This document shows, piece by piece, positions 22,602-34,609 of a stretch of 64,000 bases of DNA. The stretch's first letter is position 1; every line of letters starts with the position of its first letter. The DNA is taken from positions 11,644 through 75,643 of the forward strand of contig JAYZBQ010000022.1 in NCBI GenBank assembly GCA_036338695.1. Reading direction: 5' to 3'. The position numbers and the translations under genes are program-made. This DNA is from Myxococcota bacterium. GTDB lineage: Bacteria; Myxococcota; UBA4151. Under the pieces are notes generated by a model, which was not told where the DNA came from, made no database searches, and was given only the letters and a program-made list of their open reading frames with translations.

Positions 22602-24638
22602 ATGACGACGATGCGCGGCTACCGCCCTTTTCTCCCGCAGCCCCTCCTCGAGGCGCTGCGCCGCCGCAGTCAACCGCACGAGACCATCCCGGGGTTAGCG
22701 ATCGCCGAGGGGCTTGAGGCGCAGTTCCCGCAGGTGCTCTGCGCCGACGCGCTCGAGTTCGTCTGCGCCCTGTATCGGCAGGTCCAACCCGAACTCGCAG
22801 CCGTCCTCGAGCAGCGCCAGCTCGACCGAGCCTTCCTCGATGAGGTCACGGCGCGCTGCACGCAAGAGAACCAAGATACGCCCTTTGAATCAGCCGACTA
22901 CCGAACGGCGATCGGGCAGAGGGACCGACGCGGACGGGTCGTGGTCGGGCCGCTGTCTGAGCCGACTCAGGGCGAGCAGGTCACCATCCCCGACTTCCTC
23001 GTCGGCGACCAGATCACGCTGTTCGGCCCGCCGGATTCGGCGAAGATGACGATCAACGCCATGAACGCGCTGCACCGGCGGCTCCCGGGCGAGCACCCCA
23101 TCGTCGCTGAGCTGGTCTCGGCGAGCGGGCAAGTCCCTCGCTGGGGGGCGGACTCTGAGGACTCCAAGACGCCCACGGCCGACAACATGCTCTCGGCGCA
23201 AGAGAACCTGCGCGCCTGCTTCGCCGGCGCCATCGACTTCGTCGAGGAGCGAACGGGTAAAGCCTACGCGCTGGCGGAGTCAGGCACCTCCAAGCCGATC
23301 AAGCGCTTTGTCGGGCTGGCGATCCCCGACGGCAACTACCTGCTCGACGGTGAGCCGCTGCCCCTGCACCTGCTCGATTTTGGGCTGCACCTTTTCCACA
23401 ACGCCACGCGCCCCGAGGCGCTCATTTTCTACGTCCCCAAGCTCGAGAACGAAGAAGAGGCAGCCTACCTGCGCAACATGATCGCCGCCGCGGAGGCGTT
23501 GATCGCTGAGCGACACCGAGACTATGCGCTCGGGAGCGTGCGTGTGATCCTGGTCTTCGAGAACCCGCGCGCCATCTTCCGCATCAGCGAAATGGCTGCG
23601 GCGCTCCACCCCTACTTCTTAGGTGGCTCGCTCGGCTGGCACGACTACCTGGCCTCGGCGGCGCGGCTGTTCAAACACGACCCCAACTACCGAATCCCGG
23701 TCAAGGCGGACCCGAACATCGTCATCAACCACATCCGCGAAAGCCATCAGATCCTGGTCGACCACCTCGCACCGATCGGCGCGCTCAAGATCGGGGGGAT
23801 GTATGGTGTCCTCTACGAGGACGGCAACCCAGCGAGCTTCGAGGTCAGCATGGTCGGCTACATCCGCGATGTCGTCACCCAGCTCAAACGCGGTCTCGAC
23901 GGCTTCTGGGTGGCGCACCCCAGCTTCGTGCGCATCGGCATTGCGCTGACCGAGGCGTGGCGCCGAAGCCAACAAGACGCCTCCGACGAGAGCCTCAAAA
24001 CCTTGGTCCGTGCCTTGGTGCCCAACCCGGTCGAGCTCGAGCCCCTGCTCGCGTTCTTGGACGCGCCCGACATCGAAGGCCTCGCCTCGGATCATCCCAA
24101 CTATGCGCGCGGGGTGCTCGCTGCGGATATTGAGGTCTCGGATGTCATCGCCAACGACGACCCCGAAGAGGTCCGCTACAACGTTTTTCAGGCGCTCCAA
24201 TACCTAGCGGACTGGCTCTGCGGAAACGGCTGCGTCGCCCTACCTGCGACCATGAAGAACACCGCCGGTGAGACCGTCTTTGTCCGCATCATGGACGACC
24301 TCGCCACCACCGAGCGGAGCCGCTGGGAGCTCTGGCATGAGGTGCATCACGGGCGCGTCAGCCGGAGCCTCTTCGAGCAGATTTTAGCTGAAGAGATCGA
24401 CTTCATTCGCAGCAATCGCTCGCTGCCGGTCAAGCGCGTCCAGGTGCAGTGGTCGGGCGACGCGGCGCGCTGGTACCCCGTCGCCATCAAAATCTTACGA
24501 CAGCTGGTGCTCGCCCCGGAGCCCGCCGAGTTCGTCAGCGAGCTCATGCTCCCCTTCACCTACGGCTGGGTGCGCTCGAGCGATGACCCGTGGGCGACGG
24601 CGCAAAACCTCAGCGACGGACAGCTGGGCGATTACTAG
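22602..24638 (+). CDS. malate synthase family protein (divergent)
   Basis: ADSEDS, YVPKLENEEEA, FEN, WHDYLAS, DGFWVAHP, GNGCVAL, MDDLATTERSRWELW match malate synthase motifs. Confidence 0.7.
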   Translation: MTTMRGYRPFLPQPLLEALRRRSQPHETIPGLAIAEGLEAQFPQVLCADALEFVCALYRQVQPELAAVLEQRQLDRAFLDEVTARCTQENQDTPFESADYRTAIGQRDRRGRVVVGPLSEPTQGEQVTIPDFLVGDQITLFGPPDSAKMTINAMNALHRRLPGEHPIVAELVSASGQVPRWGADSEDSKTPTADNMLSAQENLRACFAGAIDFVEERTGKAYALAESGTSKPIKRFVGLAIPDGNYLLDGEPLPLHLLDFGLHLFHNATRPEALIFYVPKLENEEEAAYLRNMIAAAEALIAERHRDYALGSVRVILVFENPRAIFRISEMAAALHPYFLGGSLGWHDYLASAARLFKHDPNYRIPVKADPNIVINHIRESHQILVDHLAPIGALKIGGMYGVLYEDGNPASFEVSMVGYIRDVVTQLKRGLDGFWVAHPSFVRIGIALTEAWRRSQQDASDESLKTLVRALVPNPVELEPLLAFLDAPDIEGLASDHPNYARGVLAADIEVSDVIANDDPEEVRYNVFQALQYLADWLCGNGCVALPATMKNTAGETVFVRIMDDLATTERSRWELWHEVHHGRVSRSLFEQILAEEIDFIRSNRSLPVKRVQVQWSGDAARWYPVAIKILRQLVLAPEPAEFVSELMLPFTYGWVRSSDDPWATAQNLSDGQLGDY

Positions 24639-24644
24639 CCGAGC

Positions 24645-25901
24645 CTACTGCCACTGCCGTGGGTCGTGGTTGATGCGGTAGATCTCACCGCGCGCCGGCA
24701 CGTTAAAGTAGATGCGATCATCCGGACCCATCACGAGCGTTCCAAGCGTCTCGGGCGGAAAATCGGTGTACAGGGTTCGGACCGGTTCACCATCGACGGT
24801 AAAGACGCGGAACTCAGAGTAGCTGTAGTCGATGAGATAGATTAGCCCGTCGTGGAGCAACAACCCGCTGGGCTTCCCGATCGGCTCCCCACCGAGCTCA
24901 ACCTCCTCATACTCCGCCTCGTTCATCTGATGATGGACTTGGACGAAGTCAAAGTTGGGGAGCAGCAGGCCGCCGCGCTGACCGGAGCGGACGTCGAGCC
25001 TCAGGACCCGCTCGTTGCCCGTGTCCGCGATGTACAAGTAGTCGTTCTCTCGATCGAGGGCGAGGCCGCTGCTCACCTCCTCTTCACGCTTGAGCACCCC
25101 CTCGATGTAGCGGAGCACCTCGCCATCGCTGTGGTCCTCCTCACCCGGGCCGTGGTCCTCTTTGAAGTCGTAGCGGTCGATCGCCCCTTTTTGTCCGTTG
25201 AAGGTCCAGTAGATGTTCTCTCGGTCATGTTCCATGCCCATGCAAAACGGCGTGAAGTGGAGCATGTCCATATGCGTCCCGTTCTTGCCGATATCGATCC
25301 CGAGAATGCTGCGGTCAGCGGTCCACAGGGTCGGGCCCGCAAAATCTTCGACCTCGTCGTCAAAGTTGGCTGTCCGGGTCTCAGGGCAGGTTCCGAAAAA
25401 GTCGTTCTCGCTAAAGACCAAGCTCGAGGGGTTGCGGGCGAAGTGGACGGCGTTGCCGTCGCGGATTCGCTCGCTGCGATCGTAGGTGGTCGTCGCCCTG
25501 TAAACAACGACAAAATCCGCCCCCTTAGGCTCGCACGTCTCAGCGGATGCGGTGGCTTTATTGCAAGGTCTTGCGCCGCGAATGGCTTGCCCTTCCGTGA
25601 GCCAGAGCTGGTCGCTGTTGGGTCGAAAGTCAAAACCACGAACGACCCGCCGCCCGGGCGCGTCGTAGACCAGCTCAAAATCGACGCTCGCTGGGTCACC
25701 GTCGTCCCAGCCGAGCTGATAGGCTGCGGGGCGCTCCGCACAAGCCTGCTCGTCCGGGTCACAGAAGGGCTTGTCCGGATCTGCGCACTGCGCGTGGGCG
25801 GTGCATTCCGGTGCGGCGGCATCGCCTGAGTCGGTTGCGGGCTCGCAGCCCAGCGTGAACAGAGCCACGAGAGCGAACGATCGCCAGAGACTAGGGTTCA
25901 C
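24645..25901 (-). CDS. lipoprotein with beta-propeller/NHL-like domain
   Basis: Lipobox FTLGC; 'HMDMLH..PFCMG', 'DHGPG..DHSDG', LYIADTGN. Confidence 0.65.
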   Translation of the reverse strand: MNPSLWRSFALVALFTLGCEPATDSGDAAAPECTAHAQCADPDKPFCDPDEQACAERPAAYQLGWDDGDPASVDFELVYDAPGRRVVRGFDFRPNSDQLWLTEGQAIRGARPCNKATASAETCEPKGADFVVVYRATTTYDRSERIRDGNAVHFARNPSSLVFSENDFFGTCPETRTANFDDEVEDFAGPTLWTADRSILGIDIGKNGTHMDMLHFTPFCMGMEHDRENIYWTFNGQKGAIDRYDFKEDHGPGEEDHSDGEVLRYIEGVLKREEEVSSGLALDRENDYLYIADTGNERVLRLDVRSGQRGGLLLPNFDFVQVHHQMNEAEYEEVELGGEPIGKPSGLLLHDGLIYLIDYSYSEFRVFTVDGEPVRTLYTDFPPETLGTLVMGPDDRIYFNVPARGEIYRINHDPRQWQ

Positions 25902-25919
25902 GTTCGCTCCAAAGTGCGC

Positions 25920-26828
25920 TCACTCGCTGAGCCATGCGACGCCGGTCAGCGTCTCAGAAATCTGCCAGAGCCGCTGCGCAACATCCACCCGGCGGCTGTA
26001 GCCCGATGACCTTACTCTAACCGCTCGACCCCGCATTTCAAGCCAGCGCGGTCCATAGTACGCGCCACCCACCGCGTCCGGATCGGTCGCAGCTCGAAGC
26101 GTCGGCGCCGCGCCGGCTCGAGCGCTCTGAGCAAACCAAGGGGTCATCAGACCGATCAAGCCGGAGGTCTCAACCAAGCCCGTGAACGCCCAGCCAGGGT
26201 GTGCGGCGAGCGATCGAGTGGTGTATCCGGCGGCCGACAAGCGCCGCTCGAGCTCATACGCAAACAACAGATTAGCGACCTTGCTCTGCCCGTAGGCTAG
26301 CCAACGGTTGTAACGACCCGACCAATTCAGGTCTGCGAACCGAATACGCCCCCAGCGGTGGGCATTCGACGCCACGGTCACGACCCGGCTGCCTCGAGTC
26401 TGGGTGAGTCGATCCAAAAGCAAGCCAGTGAGCGCGAAGTGCCCGAGATGGTTCGTGCCGAACTGAAGCTCAAACCCATCTTGCGTCTGACCAAAGGGTG
26501 GGATCATGACGCCCGCGTTGTTGATCAAAAGATCCAGCCGTTGATGCTGATCCATGAACTGCTCGGCGCAGGCGCGCACACTCGCGAGATCGGCCAGGTC
26601 CAGGGAGAGCAGCTCGTAGCCCCCGCGCACAGGCGTCTCGCTCAGTCGCGCAAGCGCATCATCGGCTTTAGCGCGCGACCGACACGCCAACACGACCTGA
26701 GCGCCTGCCTGCGCGAGCGCCTGCGCAGTCCACAGCCCGATGCCGCTGTTGGCGCCTGTTACGAGCGCCACCCGGCCTGTCTGGTCTTCAAGTTGATCAG
26801 GGCTCCAAGCCAAAACAACGCCTCCCAC
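25920..26828 (-). CDS. short-chain dehydrogenase/reductase (retinol-DH/WWOX-like)
   Basis: TGANSGIG, NNAG, FGTNHLGHF, YGQSK. Confidence 0.92.
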   Translation of the reverse strand: MGGVVLAWSPDQLEDQTGRVALVTGANSGIGLWTAQALAQAGAQVVLACRSRAKADDALARLSETPVRGGYELLSLDLADLASVRACAEQFMDQHQRLDLLINNAGVMIPPFGQTQDGFELQFGTNHLGHFALTGLLLDRLTQTRGSRVVTVASNAHRWGRIRFADLNWSGRYNRWLAYGQSKVANLLFAYELERRLSAAGYTTRSLAAHPGWAFTGLVETSGLIGLMTPWFAQSARAGAAPTLRAATDPDAVGGAYYGPRWLEMRGRAVRVRSSGYSRRVDVAQRLWQISETLTGVAWLSE

Positions 26829-26937
26829 CTGAGGCTCGGTGCCTACGACGATGCACGGATACGCTCAAGTGGGCGCTGGCTCCCGAGCGGCGGCTGTGTC
26901 ATCGAGCCGGCCGTCACACCGACAGGAGATCGACCCG

Positions 26938-27990
26938 ATGCCTCGTTACCTGCTACTCCTCACCCTGACCGCCTGTGGCGCCTCGCAGACGCCAGCAACC
27001 GACGCGGGCTCCGCACCCACCGACGCCTCTGCGGCACCAGCCGACGCAAACGCCCCAGCGGCCGACGCTGGGCTCGCTTCGCCCGATGCCGAACAGCCGG
27101 TCGCCGACGCCAGCGCGCCCTTAGCGGACGCTGCGGCGAGTCCGGACGCCGCGGGTAGTGCCTCGGACGCAGGCTCGGTCGCAGCGGACGCTGGCGAGGT
27201 GGAGCCCGGCGCTTCCCTCCGTCCTGGCGTTCAAGAGATCATCGTCGAGCAGCGCGTCGCGGGTGAGCTCGCCATGCGGCGCGTCGTGATTCAAGCGCCG
27301 GGTCGGCTGGTCCCAGCTGAGCGGTATCCGGTGGTCTTTGCGTTTCATGGAAACGGAGGCCGCCCAGAGGCTTTTCTCGGCCAGCTCCAGCGCTTCGTCG
27401 ACGCAGGGCGGTTCGTCGCGATCTTACCCGAGGGGCTCGAGCGCAGCTGGAACTTAGGTCGCGAGCGCTCTCAAGCCGACGACGTCGCCTTCGTTGAGCT
27501 GATCGTTGAGCGCTTGCGTGCCTACCCAAACCTCAACCTCAATCGAGCCTTTGCCTACGGCTACTCGAACGGCTCGGGGCTGGTGAATCAGCTCGCCGCT
27601 CGAACCAATCTGTTCCGAGGCTACGCCATGGCGGCGAGCGCCCTGACGCAAGAGCTCTTACCACCCGAAGAGGTGCACCTCGCCTCCGTGCTCAGCCTCC
27701 ATGGAACCGAAGACCAAGCCTGCCCCTATGATGGCGGGCGCGGTGTGGGCGGGCACGACTTCCTTGCGGTCGAAGACAGCGCGGCCCTCTGGGCGCGCAA
27801 AATGGGCTGCTCGCGGTTTCCGATCAGCAGCCGCACCGACGACGGCAACCGCCGCCTTGACTGGAGCCCCTGCCGTGAGGGGCACCGCGTCCTCCACTAC
27901 GGCTTTCAAGGCGCCGGACACGGTTTGCCCATGAACCAAGAAGGCGGCGTGCTCAACTTGGTGGTCAGCTTCTTTGAGGAGACGCCCTAA
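26938..27990 (+). CDS. LpqC/PHB-depolymerase-like esterase lipoprotein
   Basis: Lipobox LTAC after GGAG RBS; DAG-rich linker; FHGNGG, DDVAF, GYSNG, HGTED, GAGH. Confidence 0.8.
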   Translation: MPRYLLLLTLTACGASQTPATDAGSAPTDASAAPADANAPAADAGLASPDAEQPVADASAPLADAAASPDAAGSASDAGSVAADAGEVEPGASLRPGVQEIIVEQRVAGELAMRRVVIQAPGRLVPAERYPVVFAFHGNGGRPEAFLGQLQRFVDAGRFVAILPEGLERSWNLGRERSQADDVAFVELIVERLRAYPNLNLNRAFAYGYSNGSGLVNQLAARTNLFRGYAMAASALTQELLPPEEVHLASVLSLHGTEDQACPYDGGRGVGGHDFLAVEDSAALWARKMGCSRFPISSRTDDGNRRLDWSPCREGHRVLHYGFQGAGHGLPMNQEGGVLNLVVSFFEETP

Positions 27991-27993
27991 GCG

Positions 27994-30306
<2,313 letters not shown>

Positions 30307-30316
30307 TTATACGCCG

Positions 30317-31018
30317 TTAGCTACCCACAAATTCACGCACGAAGTCGGACACCGGATCCTGCTCCAGCTCCTGCAGTCTCCCATGCTGGGTGATTCGCCC
30401 ACCCTCAAGCACGACGAGCGGCGGATCAAAAGGCTCAAAATCGCGCCGATCGTGGCTCACCATCACGGTGGCCAGGTCACGCGCCGAGAGCTGCTCTGCC
30501 AGCCACGCTCGCACCGACCGCCGGGTGGGCGCGTCGAGCTGACTCATGGGCTCGTCCAGCAAGAGCAGATCCGGCTCACGCATCAGCGCGCGCGCCAAAG
30601 CGACCCGCTGCTGCTCGCCGCCCGACAGCTGATGCGGAAAGCGGCGGCGCAGTGCGCCGAGCTCGAAGCGCTCGAGGGCGTCGCGCAGGCGCTCCCTGCT
30701 GATGGCGTCTCTCGGTAAGCCGAAGGCGAGGTTGTCCTCGACGCGTAGGTGCGGGAACAGCCCGAGGCCTTGGGGAACATACGCCATCCGGCGCGCTTCA
30801 ACCGGAACCCAGAGCCCCTGCTCAGAATCCTGACAGACACGCGTCTTGATCACGACGCGCCCCACGGCGGCTGAGTCCACCCCGAGCAGGGCGCGCAGTA
30901 GCGTGCTTTTGCCCGCGCCGATCGGGCCGATCAGACCGAGTAAGGGTGCGGTACCGTCGAGCGTAGCAGCCACACGGAACGAACCGCGCACGACCTCGAG
31001 CGTCGCTGACCAGGTCAT
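30317..31018 (-). CDS. modC: molybdate ABC transporter ATP-binding subunit
   Basis: GPIGAGKS, LSGGEQQR, LLLDEP; downstream of modB. Confidence 0.85.
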   Translation of the reverse strand: MTWSATLEVVRGSFRVAATLDGTAPLLGLIGPIGAGKSTLLRALLGVDSAAVGRVVIKTRVCQDSEQGLWVPVEARRMAYVPQGLGLFPHLRVEDNLAFGLPRDAISRERLRDALERFELGALRRRFPHQLSGGEQQRVALARALMREPDLLLLDEPMSQLDAPTRRSVRAWLAEQLSARDLATVMVSHDRRDFEPFDPPLVVLEGGRITQHGRLQELEQDPVSDFVREFVGS

Positions 31019-31776
31019 GACACCCCCCAAGCTCGAGCGAGCGCTCGAAGCAGACCGAGCACCGCCAGCGCGCAGAGGACGAGCGCCATCGCTAAGCTCA
31101 GCGCAACGGACAAGCTCGACTCCATCACGGTATAGATGGCGAGCGGCATGGTCTGGCTGACGCCCGGCAGGTTGCCTGCGACAAAGATGGTCGCGCCGAA
31201 CTCACCTAAGGCGCGCGCCCAAGCCATCCCGACGCCAACGAAAATTCCAGGCGCCGCCAGCGGCAGCGTGACCTTGAAAAATACACGCACAGGGTCCAGC
31301 CCTAAGCTGCGCGCCACCCAAACGAGCTCCACGTCCACACGGCGAAACGCAGCGCAGGCCGCGCTCAAGTAAAACGGAGCGGCGACGACGACCTGCGCCA
31401 AAACGACGGCGCCCGTCGAGAACACCCAACCGCTCGCCTTGCCCAAGAGTCCATCAGGGCTCATCGAGACCAACAAGGCGAGCCCGATCACAGCGGGAGG
31501 CAGCACCATCGGCAGGTCGACCACCGCCTGCCAGGCAGGGTGCCGATCACGCTGACTCAGCCACCAAGCGGCCGGCGTGCCCAAAACCACGATCACCAAG
31601 ACGCTCATCGTGGAGGTGCGTAGGCTTAGGCCAAGCGCTGGAGCCCACAGCGGGTGCTCCCAAGCAGACGACCACGCCGCCGGCTGTGCGCCGGCAAGAA
31701 GACCCGCTAAGGGTAAGGCAAGCAAGAGCAGCATCGGCGCCGCAGCGAGCGCTAATCCACGATCGGATCGCATCAC
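31015..31776 (-). CDS. modB: molybdate ABC transporter permease
   Basis: DLPMVLPPAVIG, ARALGEFGAT, TMPLAIY. Confidence 0.9.
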   Translation of the reverse strand: MMRSDRGLALAAAPMLLLLALPLAGLLAGAQPAAWSSAWEHPLWAPALGLSLRTSTMSVLVIVVLGTPAAWWLSQRDRHPAWQAVVDLPMVLPPAVIGLALLVSMSPDGLLGKASGWVFSTGAVVLAQVVVAAPFYLSAACAAFRRVDVELVWVARSLGLDPVRVFFKVTLPLAAPGIFVGVGMAWARALGEFGATIFVAGNLPGVSQTMPLAIYTVMESSLSVALSLAMALVLCALAVLGLLRALARAWGVS

Positions 31777-32558
31777 GGCACCCCCAAGCCAAACTGGGTC
31801 AACGCACGCCGCCCCGGCTGACCGCCCAGGAGCTTGAGGAATCGCTGGACAGCCGGGCGCTCTCCAGCGCCTGCGCGCACGGCGAGCCAGAGCTCGGTTG
31901 GGCGATCGAGCGCCTGCGGCGGCCGAACCGCTCGGAAGCGATCATCGGTGGCGACATCGCTGGCGTAGACGATCGCCGCATCGAGCGCGCCGAGCGCGAC
32001 TTGCGCCCGCAGGCGGCGCACGTTGGGCTCCTGTGTGACCGTTTGGGCTTGAACAGCGCGCAGCCAGTCGGCGCCAAACTTGTGAGCAGCTCGTTTGAGC
32101 AGCGCCTCCGTGTACTCGCCGATCGGTGAGCTCTTGAGCCCGACACCGAGGCGCTGAACGCCCGGGAGCGCGTCCCACGTCAGTTGATCGCAGCGCGCGC
32201 TGCGTCGACAGGTCAGCACCAGTCGGTTGGTCGCGAGACGCTGCGGCGACTCGACCGTGCCCGCTCGCAGCAAGCGGTCCACGTCGCGTCGGTGCGCGCT
32301 CAGGAACAGGTCAAAAGGCATCCCACGCTCGATCTGCGCTCGCAGCCTCTGGCTGCCATCAAAGCTCATCACGACATCAGGAACATCGAGGTGATGGGCT
32401 GTCAAAGCCTGGAGACGCTGGAGCGGCTCAGTGAGCGAGGACGCCGCAAGCACCCGCACGCTCGCGCCCTCAGAGCCAGCCCAGCATGCGGCAGCTGACA
32501 GGCTCAAGCTCGCCACAGCGGCGGCTTGAACGACGAGGCGGCGGTCGAGGCGGTCCAT
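31773..32558 (-). CDS. modA: molybdate ABC transporter substrate-binding protein
   Basis: AASSL, FDGS..LRAQIERG, PIGEY, DAAIVYASD. Confidence 0.9.
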   Translation of the reverse strand: MDRLDRRLVVQAAAVASLSLSAAACWAGSEGASVRVLAASSLTEPLQRLQALTAHHLDVPDVVMSFDGSQRLRAQIERGMPFDLFLSAHRRDVDRLLRAGTVESPQRLATNRLVLTCRRSARCDQLTWDALPGVQRLGVGLKSSPIGEYTEALLKRAAHKFGADWLRAVQAQTVTQEPNVRRLRAQVALGALDAAIVYASDVATDDRFRAVRPPQALDRPTELWLAVRAGAGERPAVQRFLKLLGGQPGRRALTQFGLGVP

Positions 32559-32632
32559 ACCCTCAAGCGATGAACCGATCAGCGGGCCCGAGGCAAGCGG
32601 TTTTCGTGCGGCTAGAGGCGGGCCGAGAGCCC

Positions 32633-33517
32633 TTAGCGGTCGATCAACGCGTTCATGATCGAGAGCGTACCGAGTCGCTCATCACGCGCCAGGCGGTCAA
32701 AGACGCCGTCGCGTACGTACAGACCCGAGCTGTACTTGTCCGTCGCGGCGGTCACGTAGGGGCTCGGTCGCCCGCCCATTCGGTAACCGAACCCGTTGTA
32801 GGCCTCCGTGTAGGCTGCCATCGCCGCCAGATCTCGACTCTCGTAGGACAACCCGAGGGCATTGCGCAGATAGTTTTTCTGCCCAAGAGCGTGCACTGCG
32901 GCGTCGACGAACTGGTCTTTGCGGAAGAAGATGCCGCGCGGCACGATCGTCGTGGTTCGCCCGAGGGGCTGTCCGTTGTGCAGGTACCGTGAGGTCCTCA
33001 TCTGACTGTCTTCGCGATACCAAATCGCCGCCACGAGCTGTGGCGGGACGTCCGCCCGGCGCGCCACCGCATCGATCGACTCCCAGCGTCGGTCGGCGAG
33101 CGCCACGGTCCGGTTCAACATCGCCTCTTTGCTCGAGCGCACGTTGACGCCATCCGAGACCTGTCGCCGATACTCTTGGTACGCCGAGGCGAGACGACCC
33201 GTCGGACGGGCGACCCGAGGCGGCGCGGCGGGTGCCAGGCGCTCGAGCGCCTCCACCATGTCACCCGAGCGCGTCGCTGCGCCGAGTCGATCCTCAAGGC
33301 TCATGGAGTGATACGAGCCGTCGCGGTCAAAGTGATCGACCGCGGCAAACAGACGCTTGAGCTCGCTGGAGCCGCCGATGACGCCGTCGGCGTTCCGGTC
33401 GACCCCTTCGAGGTTGAGGTCATTGAGTTGAGGCTCCGCTTTGAGGTCATTGACCTTCAGCGGCCGGTTCAGGAGATTATCGACGAATCCATTGCGCGTA
33501 ATCTGAGTCACGAACAC
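32633..33517 (-). CDS. lysozyme-family (COG5526-like) protein with N-terminal EF-hand-like segment
   Basis: 'AAIWYRE...YLHNGQPLGRTTTIVPRG...EAYNGFGY...PSPYV...Y..G.YVRDG.FD'; DRNADGVI loop. Confidence 0.7.
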   Translation of the reverse strand: MFVTQITRNGFVDNLLNRPLKVNDLKAEPQLNDLNLEGVDRNADGVIGGSSELKRLFAAVDHFDRDGSYHSMSLEDRLGAATRSGDMVEALERLAPAAPPRVARPTGRLASAYQEYRRQVSDGVNVRSSKEAMLNRTVALADRRWESIDAVARRADVPPQLVAAIWYREDSQMRTSRYLHNGQPLGRTTTIVPRGIFFRKDQFVDAAVHALGQKNYLRNALGLSYESRDLAAMAAYTEAYNGFGYRMGGRPSPYVTAATDKYSSGLYVRDGVFDRLARDERLGTLSIMNALIDR

Positions 33518-33605
33518 CTCCTCGCTCTCCGGTATCGGCGGTCATCTAGGTCCGTTGCGTCCGTATACGACAACTGCCCGATCCTGCGCGCAGGCCTTGA
33601 GCGAC

Positions 33606-34577
33606 TCACCGCCCGTAAGACAGCAGCGTCTCGATCATGGCATCACGAAAGGCGTCGGTAAAACCGGGAACGTGCGCGCTGCCCTCCATCGTCCAAAGCT
33701 CGACCGAGCGCCCCCCCGAACAGTCGGACCAGATCGAGCGCGTCGTCTCGGCGCCTAAGACCGCGCGATCAAAATCATCCGCGGGCTGCTGCTCGGCTGG
33801 TCCCGAGCAGCCGTTGCGCGCGCGCCACCGCTCGACCAGGGTCTCAGCGCCTGGATACGCGCCGCCCGACTGCAAGCGCCCGCCAGGGTAACGGATCACG
33901 GTGTCCATGGTCCCGTGCACCTGTATATAGCCCACGGCTCGGCTGGGCTGGCAGCGCTGATCATCGACAAAGCCAGAACCGGCAATGTTGAGGACGGCGG
34001 TCACCTCGTCTGCAGCGTCACAAGCGATTCGAGAGCTCATAAAGCCACCGTTGGAGTGCCCGACAAGATAGACCCGCTCGGGGTCCACCGAAAGCTTCTC
34101 AACCGCCTCAGCGATCAGGTCGCGCAGGTAACCCAGATCATCGACGCGCGCGCGCCAAAAGTCACAGCAGGTGCTGGTGGCGTTCCAAAACCGGTTGTTC
34201 CGCGGGTCCCGCGTGCCGTCGGGAGCGAGGGTCACATAGCCGTAGGTGTTTCGTCGCGCGCTGATGCCGAGGTAGACGTCTTGGCCTTGGCCGTTGGCGG
34301 TGTAGCCATGGAGTAAAAGGACCAAAGGCCAGCGCTCTTGTCGGTTCCATGTGTCGGGAAGCCGAACCGCCACGCGACGATCTCCACCCAGAAATTCGGG
34401 CGGCGGACCCGCGTCCACAGCGACTGCATCCGCTGCGTCCAGGCTCCCTGCATCGCTCAGGCTCGCATCACTCGACTCCAGCGAGGGTGAGACCGCCTCA
34501 GGCGAACACGCTAAGGCAGTGAGGCAGAGCGACGCGAGGGTGAGTCTTTGTATCACGGTGACCTCATCTGCTGACAC
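33606..34577 (-). CDS. LpqC/PHB-depolymerase-like esterase lipoprotein
   Basis: Lipobox ALAC; LHGY, WNAT..CC, GHSNGG, HGTMD, GSAH. Confidence 0.82.
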   Translation of the reverse strand: MSADEVTVIQRLTLASLCLTALACSPEAVSPSLESSDASLSDAGSLDAADAVAVDAGPPPEFLGGDRRVAVRLPDTWNRQERWPLVLLLHGYTANGQGQDVYLGISARRNTYGYVTLAPDGTRDPRNNRFWNATSTCCDFWRARVDDLGYLRDLIAEAVEKLSVDPERVYLVGHSNGGFMSSRIACDAADEVTAVLNIAGSGFVDDQRCQPSRAVGYIQVHGTMDTVIRYPGGRLQSGGAYPGAETLVERWRARNGCSGPAEQQPADDFDRAVLGAETTRSIWSDCSGGRSVELWTMEGSAHVPGFTDAFRDAMIETLLSYGR

Positions 34578-34609
34578 ATCGTCAGCTTAGCCCAATCTGG
34601 GGGCGAATC

